A DNA stretch of 64,000 bases. Origin: Candidatus Omnitrophota bacterium. GTDB taxonomy: Bacteria > Omnitrophota > Omnitrophia > Omnitrophales > Aquincolibacteriaceae. Made by a program: the position numbers and the translations under genes. The notes below the pieces were generated by a model. The model was not told where the DNA came from. It ran no database searches and saw only the letters and a list, made by a program, of their open reading frames with translations. The stretch lies in the NCBI GenBank assembly GCA_903819565.1, contig CAIJDY010000030.1, positions 7,128-71,127 on the forward strand, read 5' to 3'. Of this stretch, positions 43,471 to 52,192 are shown piece by piece; within the stretch, counting starts at the first letter, position 1, and each line of letters starts with the position of its first letter.

Positions 43471-45108
43471 TTACCGGTGATCCATTTTTGATTCGAGTCG
43501 TTGAAGATTTTCGCGGGGCAGTGGGTAAGAAGGCTCGAGTTTTATCGCCGTGCGGTATTCCTGTTCCGCTTCCTTCCACTGGCGGTTTCCTTCCAGCGCC
43601 GCGCCGAGACTGTTGTGCGCGTCCGCGAGCCGGGCGGCGGGTGCGACATCGAGGTTCTTCCGGAACATTGCCGCGGCTTCGGGAAAATGCTTCTTGTTCA
43701 GGTAATGAAGCCCCAGCAAATGGTACCCGGCTGAAGGCGTTCCTCCGTAAATATTGATAAAAGCCCTGTCAGAAGAGATCGCCAGCAGGACCACGATCAC
43801 GATGACAGCTGCGATCTTTTTGGTCCTGGAAACGTTTTTATTAAAAAAGGCAACGACTCCGGACGCGGCATAAATGGCCCAAAGCGGGTACAAAGGGACC
43901 TTGTACCGCTCATGGACCAGGACGACCAGGATGGACGCCGCGTAAGACAACACAACCAGCGCCGGGAGCAGCTGTTTTTTCTCCAAGGAAAAACAAAGGA
44001 CCGTGCCGCCTAGGGCCAGAGGGAGTAGCCAGAAAAAATTCAGCGGGAAAAGGCAGAGCGTGGGGAGGAAAGGGGAAAGAAAAGAAATGGAGAAAATATC
44101 CGGCATTTCGAACCCGCTGACCAGAAGGCGGAATTTTGTAAGGAGTAGTTCCAGGAATTTTTTGGGATGTTTTTGGACGTAATCCAGGGTCTCCCGGTAC
44201 CAGAAAGAAGAGAGCTCCGGATCGGTGAACCGTTTTCCCGTTTTCCACTCCGCGGCGGAGCGGAAAGCCTGGGGGAGGTCCTTGTCACTCGGGGGCACCC
44301 AAGGGAAACGAAGGGAGCGCCCGTCCGCGTAAGGCCCGTTCCCGACAAAAAAAGAAATGCCCGTGTTGTGTCCGGTCAGGAAAAAACTTTTTCCGGAGCC
44401 GTGATTGACAAGGTTGAAAGAGGCCAGAACGAAGGCCGCGCCGCACAAAAACGAGAGCAGGACTTTGGTCCGTTGGCGGGGGAATGCAACGATGAGCCAG
44501 AGGACCAGCGCCGGGAAAACAGCCCCATAGTTGGCCCTTGTGCCGAGCCCCAGGCCGGCAAGGCTTCCCGCGAAAAAAAGTTCAAGGAGGGAAGTCCGCC
44601 CGCAGGACTTTAGGAGGAGAAACACCAGGAAAACGCAAAGGAAGGCGGAAAACGTTTCAGTCAGCGGGAACATTTCATAAAAAACAGCCGGCCTGAACAA
44701 AAGAGCGGTCGCGAAAGCCGTGGCCGCGGCCTTGACGCTTCCGGTCAGGTCTTTCGCGAGCTGGTAGGTCAGGACACAGGTCAAAGCCCCCATCAGGATC
44801 TGGGCGATCCGTATGACCCGCAGATCATGGCCGAAGAGGCGGTAGAGGCCGCCGAGAAAATGAGCGTAAAAAGGCAGGCCGGGGAAGTTCTCACTTTCTG
44901 CGCCGCCGTTCGCCAGCAAGCCGCCCCACCGGTCATAACCCGCGGCATCGAGCGGCAGGTAATCTACCAGGACGGAATGCTGCATTTGCCAGAGGCAAAG
45001 AACGCGAGGGAGCAGGGCAATGAAAAATAAAAAAAAGAACGGGAGATAGCGATCCTGAGAACGGGCGCCTGGCAAGTCCGTTTTTATTCTATCGAAAAAT
45101 ACGAACAC
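43471..45108 (-). CDS. GT-C fold glycosyltransferase (family 39 / ArnT / PMT-like) with C-terminal TPR repeats
   Basis: 545 aa; ~11 TM N-terminal region typical of ArnT/PMT_2 proteins; C-terminal …AAAMFRKNLDVAPAARLADAHNSLGAALEGNRQWKEAEQEYRTAIKLEPSYP… TPR motifs. Confidence 0.6.
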   Translation of the reverse strand: MFVFFDRIKTDLPGARSQDRYLPFFFLFFIALLPRVLCLWQMQHSVLVDYLPLDAAGYDRWGGLLANGGAESENFPGLPFYAHFLGGLYRLFGHDLRVIRIAQILMGALTCVLTYQLAKDLTGSVKAAATAFATALLFRPAVFYEMFPLTETFSAFLCVFLVFLLLKSCGRTSLLELFFAGSLAGLGLGTRANYGAVFPALVLWLIVAFPRQRTKVLLSFLCGAAFVLASFNLVNHGSGKSFFLTGHNTGISFFVGNGPYADGRSLRFPWVPPSDKDLPQAFRSAAEWKTGKRFTDPELSSFWYRETLDYVQKHPKKFLELLLTKFRLLVSGFEMPDIFSISFLSPFLPTLCLFPLNFFWLLPLALGGTVLCFSLEKKQLLPALVVLSYAASILVVLVHERYKVPLYPLWAIYAASGVVAFFNKNVSRTKKIAAVIVIVVLLAISSDRAFINIYGGTPSAGYHLLGLHYLNKKHFPEAAAMFRKNLDVAPAARLADAHNSLGAALEGNRQWKEAEQEYRTAIKLEPSYPLPRENLQRLESKMDHR

Positions 45109-45148
45109 GCAACAGCCTCCTGCGGATCTGTCGGGGCGCGATCTTTGT

Positions 45149-45625
45149 TTATTTCATGCACTCCGTCATCAATTCCACATACTGCTGTTCAAGGATCTCG
45201 TTGAACATGTTCGGGTGGACCGAACCGTCTTTTTTCAGGAGTTCCGCAATGCGGGAAGATGAGCGGTTGAACCAGAGGTCGAAAAGATCCTTCAAATTGA
45301 CCTTTTTCGTCAACTCCTCTTTCAGTTCCTGCTCCGCCTCGATCCAGTCGTCAAAGGCCGTGCGTAAGGACCCGATCTTCTCTTCGCGGATCGCCTGCGC
45401 CCGAGCCTTAATTTTGGCGACTTCCTCATCCGTATACTGGTCGGACCTTTTGTTCTGGATCCCGATGGTCGTGCGGAGTTCCTGTTCCGCCTGGAGCCAG
45501 TCATCGAGCGCGGTGTTGAACGACAGGCATTTTCTTTTCCAGATCTCGCGCGCACGCTTCCGTATTTTTTCAAGGTCCGCTTTAGAGTATTTTTTATCAG
45601 TATTGGATTTTTTTGTCATAGTCAT
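45149..45625 (-). CDS. DUF2934-repeat protein (two tandem copies of the motif)
   Basis: …ADLEKIRKRAREIWKRK…LDDWLQAEQELR… and …EEVAKIKARAQAIREEK…FDDWIEAEQELK… both fit the DUF2934 pattern (I-R-x-R-A-x-x-[LI]-W…D-W-x-x-A-E-x-E-L). Confidence 0.5.
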   Translation of the reverse strand: MTMTKKSNTDKKYSKADLEKIRKRAREIWKRKCLSFNTALDDWLQAEQELRTTIGIQNKRSDQYTDEEVAKIKARAQAIREEKIGSLRTAFDDWIEAEQELKEELTKKVNLKDLFDLWFNRSSSRIAELLKKDGSVHPNMFNEILEQQYVELMTECMK

Positions 45626-45827
45626 CCTTCTCGCCAGGTTACTGGACGAATTGCACCATCGAAGCGGTCATTCCTTTAACGGCCGCCTGCCTTCAGTCTA
45701 GCATGCTGAACCCCGGACCTTAAGCCCTAAATCCCCGGAAAAATGACGGCGATTCCCGAGACGGAGCAAATGTGCGGGATGAATTTCCGCTTTTCTGTGA
45801 GTTTTCAATTTTTAGGTCTGAAAAGCT

Positions 45828-45865
45828 AAAAAAAGAGCCGCTTTTTTTGGGCGGCTCTTTTTGCA
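45828..45865. terminator. Bidirectional rho-independent terminator
   Basis: AAAAAAAGAGCCGC-TTTTTTTGG-GCGGCTCTTTTT: stem flanked by A-tract and T-tract; lies 3' of the 45948-46145 gene. Confidence 0.55.
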
Positions 45866-45947
45866 GAAGCACGGTTTTCAAAAACTCAGTGAAGCTGTCA
45901 AGTCCCGCATTTCCGAAGTACGGAAATTAGCAGGTCTTGGGACTGTC

Positions 45948-46145
45948 TTAGGCCACCTTCTTGGCTTCGACCACGTGGCCTCCTAAGGCTTTGCAGGCAT
46001 CGACGGTCTGGACCCATTTCGTTTTACCCTTGACGCTACATTCCACCGGCTTGGGAGCTGTCGGGGTCGGCTGGTTGATCAGTGAGGCATAAGCGGCAGT
46101 TCCCGCAATCGATAACATGACCGCAACCAAAAGTATTTTTTTCAT
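45948..46145 (-). CDS. Small secreted two-Cys protein (65 aa), unknown function
   Basis: MKKILLVAVMLSIAGTAAYA signal peptide; mature ~45 aa with two Cys. Confidence 0.4.
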   Translation of the reverse strand: MKKILLVAVMLSIAGTAAYASLINQPTPTAPKPVECSVKGKTKWVQTVDACKALGGHVVEAKKVA

Positions 46146-46329
46146 GGTATTTTCCCTCCGTTAAACTGTTTTTGATTTATGTTCAGAGCATAAACTCAAT
46201 GTTTCAAAGCTTCAGCCACGAAACTTAATCCTGACAGAAGTATAACGCCCCGAGATTACGGAGGGATGAATTCAAAATTACATTTTCTTCATCTCTGTCC
46301 GTTTTTGAGGAAAAGAGATCCCCCGGCAA

Positions 46330-46424
46330 TTAGAACCGGATCGTATGTCCGAGCCAAAAGACCAACGGTATAGCTATGACATGAACAACCCACCACCCGG
46401 GTTTCAAGAAGCGGAATTGTTCCA
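46330..46424 (-). CDS. 31-aa single-TM peptide (not in ORF track) with strong Shine-Dalgarno
   Basis: Minus-strand mRNA reads …AAATAA-AAAGGAGGG-CGCC-ATG GAA CAA… -> MEQFRFLKPGWWVVHVIAIPLVFWLGHTIRF*; SD AAGGAGGG 4-5 nt upstream; immediately follows the stop of the 46439-46936 membrane protein gene. Confidence 0.35.
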
Positions 46425-46438
46425 TGGCGCCCTCCTTT

Positions 46439-46936
46439 TTATTTAAAAAGAACGATTCCCAAAAAATAGATGAAAGAGACGGAAAAGAAATGTGCCCACC
46501 ACCACCCCATGTTCGGGTAGCGGAAGAAATGGCCTTTCGGGCCGATATCCGTCTCAGACTTCAGGAATTCCAATTGAAACAGGGACCGGGATATCGCGAA
46601 GCGGCCCCACAGGATCGCGATGTCGGGAAGCGTGGTGTTGAGAAAAAGGCTCGCCAGCGTTAGCGGTCCTTGAAAATGAATGATGGAAAAGTGGGCCATC
46701 AGGATCGTCCCGAGGATCGCAATGAATCCGCTGAGGATATAAGCCAATGAGAGCGTGCGTCTGAAGCAGAAAAGGAGCGGGAGGCAGAAAGCACCGACGA
46801 GCCCCGTGATAAAAGGGATAATGTTCCACGAGTTCTTTCCTGGGGGATGGATCCTGAGGTGCAGGCACCACCCGCCGAACGTCAGAAAAAACAGGGCGAG
46901 AATCAAAGTCGCTTTGAGGGATTTTTTCTGATTCAT
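46439..46936 (-). CDS. Membrane protein (5 TM), unknown function
   Basis: Start at internal ATG 46936 (MNQKKSLKATLILALFFLTFGGW…); 165 aa. Confidence 0.4.
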   Translation of the reverse strand: MNQKKSLKATLILALFFLTFGGWCLHLRIHPPGKNSWNIIPFITGLVGAFCLPLLFCFRRTLSLAYILSGFIAILGTILMAHFSIIHFQGPLTLASLFLNTTLPDIAILWGRFAISRSLFQLEFLKSETDIGPKGHFFRYPNMGWWWAHFFSVSFIYFLGIVLFK

Positions 46937-47243
46937 GAACACTTCCTCTTTCTTAATAATGGATTGGATAGGGACTTTTTTATTGATATAGGCCTTTTCG
47001 CGACGAGATAACTTTGCTTCTACGTCAATCCTGGGTACCAGTCTAGACCCGAACGGGGAAAAAAGCCATAGGGTAGCGGGCGCTTTCGCCGACTTTTTTC
47101 TGCCAGATCGCATGCGCGGATCTTCATATTTTCCAGGATACAGTCGCTAGTGAGCTTTTTCGGTCTTCGGGGCCGCGACGGGGATGGACTTTCTTGACCT
47201 CAGAGAAGCTGAGATCCCCGGAACTCTGGAAAGAAATTTTAAA

Positions 47244-48851
47244 TCAATGGCTTGCGATGGGGGCGCTGCCGTGGGTGCGCACTTTCTTGAATAAAAACAC
47301 GGTGGGGGTGAAAATAAAACAGACGAGCCCCACGCCGCGGAAATTGTCCACGAAAGCCATGAGGGTCGCCTGGCGGACAAGTTCCTGATAGATCAATCCA
47401 TAAGTCAGGGGGTCCGCCATTCCCGTTCCGGCGTGGGCCAAAAGCCCCTGGATCTTCTGAAAAGTGATCTGAGAGGTGGGATCGTAGGGTGTCAGGTGAC
47501 TGATCAGGGTGGCCTGGTGGGCCTGGCTCATTCGCGCGAGAGCCGTCGTGGTCAGCGCGATCCCGACGCCACCTCCGATGTTCCGCATGAGATTAAAAAG
47601 CCCGGAGGCATTGCCCATTTCCTCTTTGTGCAAAGTCCCCATTGTGAGGATGGTCAGTGGAACAAAGATCGCGCTGATCCCGATCCCGGTACCGATAATG
47701 GGCCACACGACATTCGACATGCCGATCTGCAAATTAATATTCCCCAGCTCGTAGCAGGTCAGGCCCAGGAGTGCGAGACCGCCGGCGACAAAGATCCGGG
47801 CATCCACTAACCCGATCACGCGGCCGACCACGAGGGCGGTCAAAAAAGCGCCGATCCCGCGCGGGCTGATCGCCAGTCCGCTCAGGTACGCCGAATAATT
47901 CATGAGGCTCTGCAGGAAAAGTGGCAAGAGCGCCGTGGTGCTGTAGAGGACCGCGCCGATGGCGGTGACGATGCAGACGCCGGTAAAAAAATTCCGGTCC
48001 TTGAGAATGCGCAGGTCCACGACGGGGTGGTCGGTCCGCAATTCCCGGAAAACAAAGGCCACCAGCGAAACGACGATAATGCCGCTGGACCAGCAGAGCC
48101 AGCTCGCGGAGAACCAATCCACTTCCTGGCCTTTATCCAGCACCACTTGCAGCAGGCCCAGCCCGATCGCCATGAGGGAGAACCCGATATAATCGATGGA
48201 GAGGGCCTTGTTCTTTTTGATGTAAGGGGGATCTTCGACGAACGCCTTCGTCATGAACACGGCCCAGATCCCGATGGGAAGATTGATCAGGAAGATCCAG
48301 CGCCAGGAATAATTGTCCGTGATCCATCCTCCGATCGTGGGGCCGATGATCGGCGCGACGATCACACCCAGGGCATAAACCGCCATGGCCTGGCCGCGTT
48401 TTTCTTTCGGGAAACTTTCCAGCAGCACGGCCTGCGCGATGGGCTGCAGTGCACCGCCGCCAAGGCCCTGAACGATCCGTGCGAAGATGAGGAATCCCAG
48501 GCTGTTGGCCAAGCCGCAGAGCGCCGAAGAAACGGTGAAGATCATGATGCAAAGGATCAGGAACCGTTTACGGCCGAAAAACCCGCCGAACCACGCCGCC
48601 GCCGGCAGGATGATGGCGTTCGATACCAGATAACTCGTGAGAACCCACGTGGCTTCGTGATTGCTGGCCGAAAGATTTCCCGCGATATGCGGCAGTGAAA
48701 CGTTTGCCACCGAAGTGTCCAAGACCTCCATGAAGGTCGCCAGCATCACCGAAAAGGCGATGAGCCACGGACTGTGGCGGGGATGCCATTCTTCCGCCGC
48801 CATAACGGCCTGCGCCTGTGCGTGGTTTTCCTCCGGGGGTTTTTGGGCCAC
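47244..48851 (-). CDS. DHA2-family (14-TM) MFS multidrug efflux transporter, EmrB/QacA-like
   Basis: 535 aa; …LIAFSVMLATFMEVLDTSVANVSLPHIAGNLSAS… is the hallmark EmrB N-terminal block. Confidence 0.85.
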   Translation of the reverse strand: MAQKPPEENHAQAQAVMAAEEWHPRHSPWLIAFSVMLATFMEVLDTSVANVSLPHIAGNLSASNHEATWVLTSYLVSNAIILPAAAWFGGFFGRKRFLILCIMIFTVSSALCGLANSLGFLIFARIVQGLGGGALQPIAQAVLLESFPKEKRGQAMAVYALGVIVAPIIGPTIGGWITDNYSWRWIFLINLPIGIWAVFMTKAFVEDPPYIKKNKALSIDYIGFSLMAIGLGLLQVVLDKGQEVDWFSASWLCWSSGIIVVSLVAFVFRELRTDHPVVDLRILKDRNFFTGVCIVTAIGAVLYSTTALLPLFLQSLMNYSAYLSGLAISPRGIGAFLTALVVGRVIGLVDARIFVAGGLALLGLTCYELGNINLQIGMSNVVWPIIGTGIGISAIFVPLTILTMGTLHKEEMGNASGLFNLMRNIGGGVGIALTTTALARMSQAHQATLISHLTPYDPTSQITFQKIQGLLAHAGTGMADPLTYGLIYQELVRQATLMAFVDNFRGVGLVCFIFTPTVFLFKKVRTHGSAPIASH

Positions 48852-48853
48852 GG

Positions 48854-49765
48854 TCAGCGGACCTTCACCTCTGGGACGGCGGACATGCCTAACGCCAGAG
48901 GGTATTTTTTATTCGGGGCTTCGTCAAAAACGATCTTCACGGGCACGCGCTGGACCACTTTCACATAATTGCCCGTCGCGTTCTCCGGAGGAAGCAGGCT
49001 GAAGCGGGCGCCGGTCCCTCGCTGGATGCTGTCCACGCGGCCTTTGAAGGTTTTGTGCGGGTAAGTGTCGATCCGGATGGAGACTTTCTGTCCGGGATGC
49101 ATCGCGGTCAGCTGCGTTTCCTTGAAGTTCGCGACCACCCATTTTTCCCTGGAAACGATGGCCAGGAGCGGCTGTCCGACCTGGATGAGCTGACCGACCT
49201 CCACGCTTTTTTTGGTCACGTGGCCGTCGATCGGCGCGTAGATCTTGGTGTAAGAAACCTCCAGATCGGCCTGCTCCACGCGCGCTTTGGCGGCGGCGAC
49301 TTTCGCGTCCGCGATCTGGGTCCGGAGCACGGCCATGTCGAGCTGCTGCTTCGAGACCTCGTCTTCGGTGTTCAGTTTGCTATAACGCGCGGCGTCGGTG
49401 TGGGCCTTTTCCGCCTCCGCTTCCGCGGCCTGCAGGTCTGCCTTCGCCATTTGGTCCCGGACCCTGTAGTCGTTGGCATCCAGTTCGATCAAAGGGTCCC
49501 CGGCCTTCACTTCCTGGTTGTCGTTCACGAGGACGTTCGTCACGTGGGCCGACACCTTCGGGCTGATGGGGACGACGTGTCCTTCGATGAAAGCGTCGTC
49601 CGTCGACACGTAACAGAGGCCGTGCTGAATGAACCAGAGCACCAGGATGAGAAGCAGTCCTCCCGCGCACGTGACCGCGACCCGGAACGTGGGATCTTCG
49701 GCGTGGAGTTGTTTTTTGAATTCCTGCCGGTTCATGCCCTTTAATTTTCTTAAGAGATTCCACAT
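48854..49765 (-). CDS. HlyD-family membrane fusion protein (EmrA-like)
   Basis: 303 aa; N-terminal TM anchor then coiled-coil (…QADLEVSYTKIYAPIDGHVTKKSVEVGQ…) typical EmrA; 2-nt gap to emrB-like gene. Confidence 0.8.
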   Translation of the reverse strand: MWNLLRKLKGMNRQEFKKQLHAEDPTFRVAVTCAGGLLLILVLWFIQHGLCYVSTDDAFIEGHVVPISPKVSAHVTNVLVNDNQEVKAGDPLIELDANDYRVRDQMAKADLQAAEAEAEKAHTDAARYSKLNTEDEVSKQQLDMAVLRTQIADAKVAAAKARVEQADLEVSYTKIYAPIDGHVTKKSVEVGQLIQVGQPLLAIVSREKWVVANFKETQLTAMHPGQKVSIRIDTYPHKTFKGRVDSIQRGTGARFSLLPPENATGNYVKVVQRVPVKIVFDEAPNKKYPLALGMSAVPEVKVR

Positions 49766-49771
49766 AACGGC

Positions 49772-51217
49772 TTACTCCTTTTCTTGATCCGTATTTTTCA
49801 GATAAAAAGCGCCGGTTTGGCCCAAGGCGTAGAACAAATTAAGGCGGGCGACATGATATTGGGTCAGCGCGGAAATGTGGGTTTCGCGGGCGCGCGCGAG
49901 GGTCGTCTGGGCGGCGATCACTTCCACGTTGTCCCCGAGGCCTTCCCCGAACCGGTCCTGCGCCATTTTCAGCTCCCGGGAAGCAAGCTCCAGGATCGAG
50001 GTCGCGGTCTTGACCTGCTGTTTCTCCGTTTTGATCTTCAGCAAAGCCAGACGGACATCTTCCTCGATCTGCCTCCGGAGGTCCGCCAGTTTTTGTTCTA
50101 GCTGACGTTTCCGGCTTGAGGCTTCCTTGATCGCGCCCCAGATCTTGCCGCCTTCCAAAAGCGGCATCGAGCCGCCGATCATGATCTCGCCCGTCCCGCG
50201 GTCGTTCCGCCGCGGACCGTTCCCGCTCAAGCCGTAATCGCCGTTCAGGGCGATCTTGGGAAGCATCTCGGCTTTGGCGGCCCGCAAAAGATAATTTTCG
50301 GTCCGGATGCCGTCGCCGAGGATCCGCATTTCGAGGCGATTTTTCTGGGCAAGGTCGATGGCATCATCGATGGGGATCTCCGGCTCGTCCAGGTAAGAAA
50401 GGGAATCGCTCAGGTCCAAAAGGTCTTCGTAGGGAAGTCCCGCGACCCTTTGGATTTGCAGGTAAGACTCGGTAAGCCCCAGGCGGAATTGTTCGAGCTG
50501 GAAGGTTTCTTCCGCAGTCCTAGTGGTCGCACGGGCGACGTCGACCCCGGTCGCGATCTCAACTTCATGCTGATGCTCCGCCTGTTTCAAGAGGCGTTCG
50601 GCCAGTTCGACGTTCGCTTCGGCGGCTTTGAACCTTCCTTTGCTCTGAAGGGCGGCGAGATAGGCCAGAGAAGCCTCCAGCATGACCTTCTGTCTGGCGA
50701 ATTCCTCCTCGTATTGTTTGACCTTGACGTTGGCGTTCCCGGCCTGAAAGCGTGAGAGGGCGCTTAAGTCAAAGATCGTCTGGGTCAACCTGAAACGCGC
50801 ATCGAAAGTGTCAAAGGGCCCGATCAGGGGTTGGTTTTTAAAACCCATGGCCTCGAGATTCATGCGGCCCACCCGGTTTTCCGACATGGTGGCTTCCACG
50901 TGAGGCAAAAGCTCCGAACCCGCCTGGAGTCTCTGGGCTTTGGCCTCGCGGATTTGCTCCAGCGCGAGCTTCGTGAGTAAATGATTCTTCAGCGCGAATT
51001 GAATGACCTGCTGAAGGCTCAACGAGGAGGAGTTAATTTCTTCCGTCGGATGCTTCTTCCCCAAAGGCAATATTTTTTCGAAGAAAGAGCTCCACGAAGC
51101 CGTCGCGGAAATCGGGGAAACCACGATTAATATCCCCAGAGCGAGCATGATGCGCCGGAAACCTTTGAATCCAAACGTCCGGCTGCGATCTTTGAAGATT
51201 TTTAGAAAGAAACTCAT
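49772..51217 (-). CDS. TolC-family outer-membrane efflux protein
   Basis: 481 aa; signal peptide; two-repeat outer-membrane-factor architecture. Confidence 0.8.
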   Translation of the reverse strand: MSFFLKIFKDRSRTFGFKGFRRIMLALGILIVVSPISATASWSSFFEKILPLGKKHPTEEINSSSLSLQQVIQFALKNHLLTKLALEQIREAKAQRLQAGSELLPHVEATMSENRVGRMNLEAMGFKNQPLIGPFDTFDARFRLTQTIFDLSALSRFQAGNANVKVKQYEEEFARQKVMLEASLAYLAALQSKGRFKAAEANVELAERLLKQAEHQHEVEIATGVDVARATTRTAEETFQLEQFRLGLTESYLQIQRVAGLPYEDLLDLSDSLSYLDEPEIPIDDAIDLAQKNRLEMRILGDGIRTENYLLRAAKAEMLPKIALNGDYGLSGNGPRRNDRGTGEIMIGGSMPLLEGGKIWGAIKEASSRKRQLEQKLADLRRQIEEDVRLALLKIKTEKQQVKTATSILELASRELKMAQDRFGEGLGDNVEVIAAQTTLARARETHISALTQYHVARLNLFYALGQTGAFYLKNTDQEKE

Positions 51218-51748
51218 TTAGCGAATCCCGCTTTTGAATTTGCAAAGGAGCCGGAACAGCTCTTTTTTTTCATCGGGCTTGAATTCCGAAAAGATCCGAT
51301 GGATCGTCGTGTAATGATGGGGAAGATAACTTTCGAGCAGGGCTTTTCCTTTTGGGGTGATCTTCACAAGCCAGGCGCGGCCGTCACTCCGGTCCGCTTC
51401 CCGTTTGGCCAGGCCTTTGCGGACCAGCGCGTTCACAAGGCCTGTGACATTGGCCCGGCTCACGAGGAGTAGTTTGCTGATATCGTGCTGTTTGAGTTTT
51501 TTCCCCGAGCTCCGGCTCAGGATCATCAGGACGTTGAACACCGCGGGGGACAGGCCGTAACCCGCCATGAGTTTCGTAAAATGGACCATAAGTACGTCGT
51601 AGGTATAAACAAAAGTCAGCAGGGTCCGGACGGCGGGCCAATCGAACGCTTTGTATTTTTTTCCGAACTCGCGGATCCGGGTCCAGTAATAGCTGGCGCG
51701 CAGGTCTTCCGCGACGGGCAGGGCTGGGGGAATGGGGCGCTTTTTCAT
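51218..51748 (-). CDS. MarR-family transcriptional regulator
   Basis: …LSPAVFNVLMILSRSSGKKLKQHDISKLLLVSRANVTGLVNALVRKGLAKRE… winged-HTH of MarR type; first gene of the MarR-TolC-EmrA-EmrB unit. Confidence 0.8.
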   Translation of the reverse strand: MKKRPIPPALPVAEDLRASYYWTRIREFGKKYKAFDWPAVRTLLTFVYTYDVLMVHFTKLMAGYGLSPAVFNVLMILSRSSGKKLKQHDISKLLLVSRANVTGLVNALVRKGLAKREADRSDGRAWLVKITPKGKALLESYLPHHYTTIHRIFSEFKPDEKKELFRLLCKFKSGIR

Positions 51749-52192
51749 GGGAGGATTCTAGCCTGAAGTCGTTATTTTGTAAATATCTTAACAAACCAAA
51801 AAAGCGGGCGAAGGGGCCGCACCGGAAAGACGCCGTGATGCATGACGCAAAAGACCTGGGCAGCGGGACCGTTAGGGAGTGTCCATTTATTGATCGTTCG
51901 ATCTTTCTACCATGGGGGAGTTACGAAGCGACGGGGGGAACGCAGGCTCTTTCTTTTTCCAGTCGGGTTTCTTGGGCGATCGCGAAGATCAGGACGATGC
52001 AAAAGAATATCGAGGAAGCCACCGTGCCGATGTTGATGCCGCCCTTTGCGATCGGTTTGGTAAGAAGATCGCCGAACGTGGCGCCGAACGGTCTTGTCAA
52101 AACAAAGGCCAGCCAGAAGAGCCATGTCCCGGAAACTTTTGTAAAAAAGTGCTGCAGGATTATACACCCGCCGCGCCTTTTCTGTGGAAACT

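Noticed and set aside
45880-45945. Imperfect hairpin GCATTTCCG-AAGTA-CGGAAATTAGC just 3' of the small secreted protein gene
   Set aside because: Only a 7-bp perfect stem with a mismatched extension. A much stronger canonical terminator lies 30 nt further on (45828-45865), so this is not called separately.
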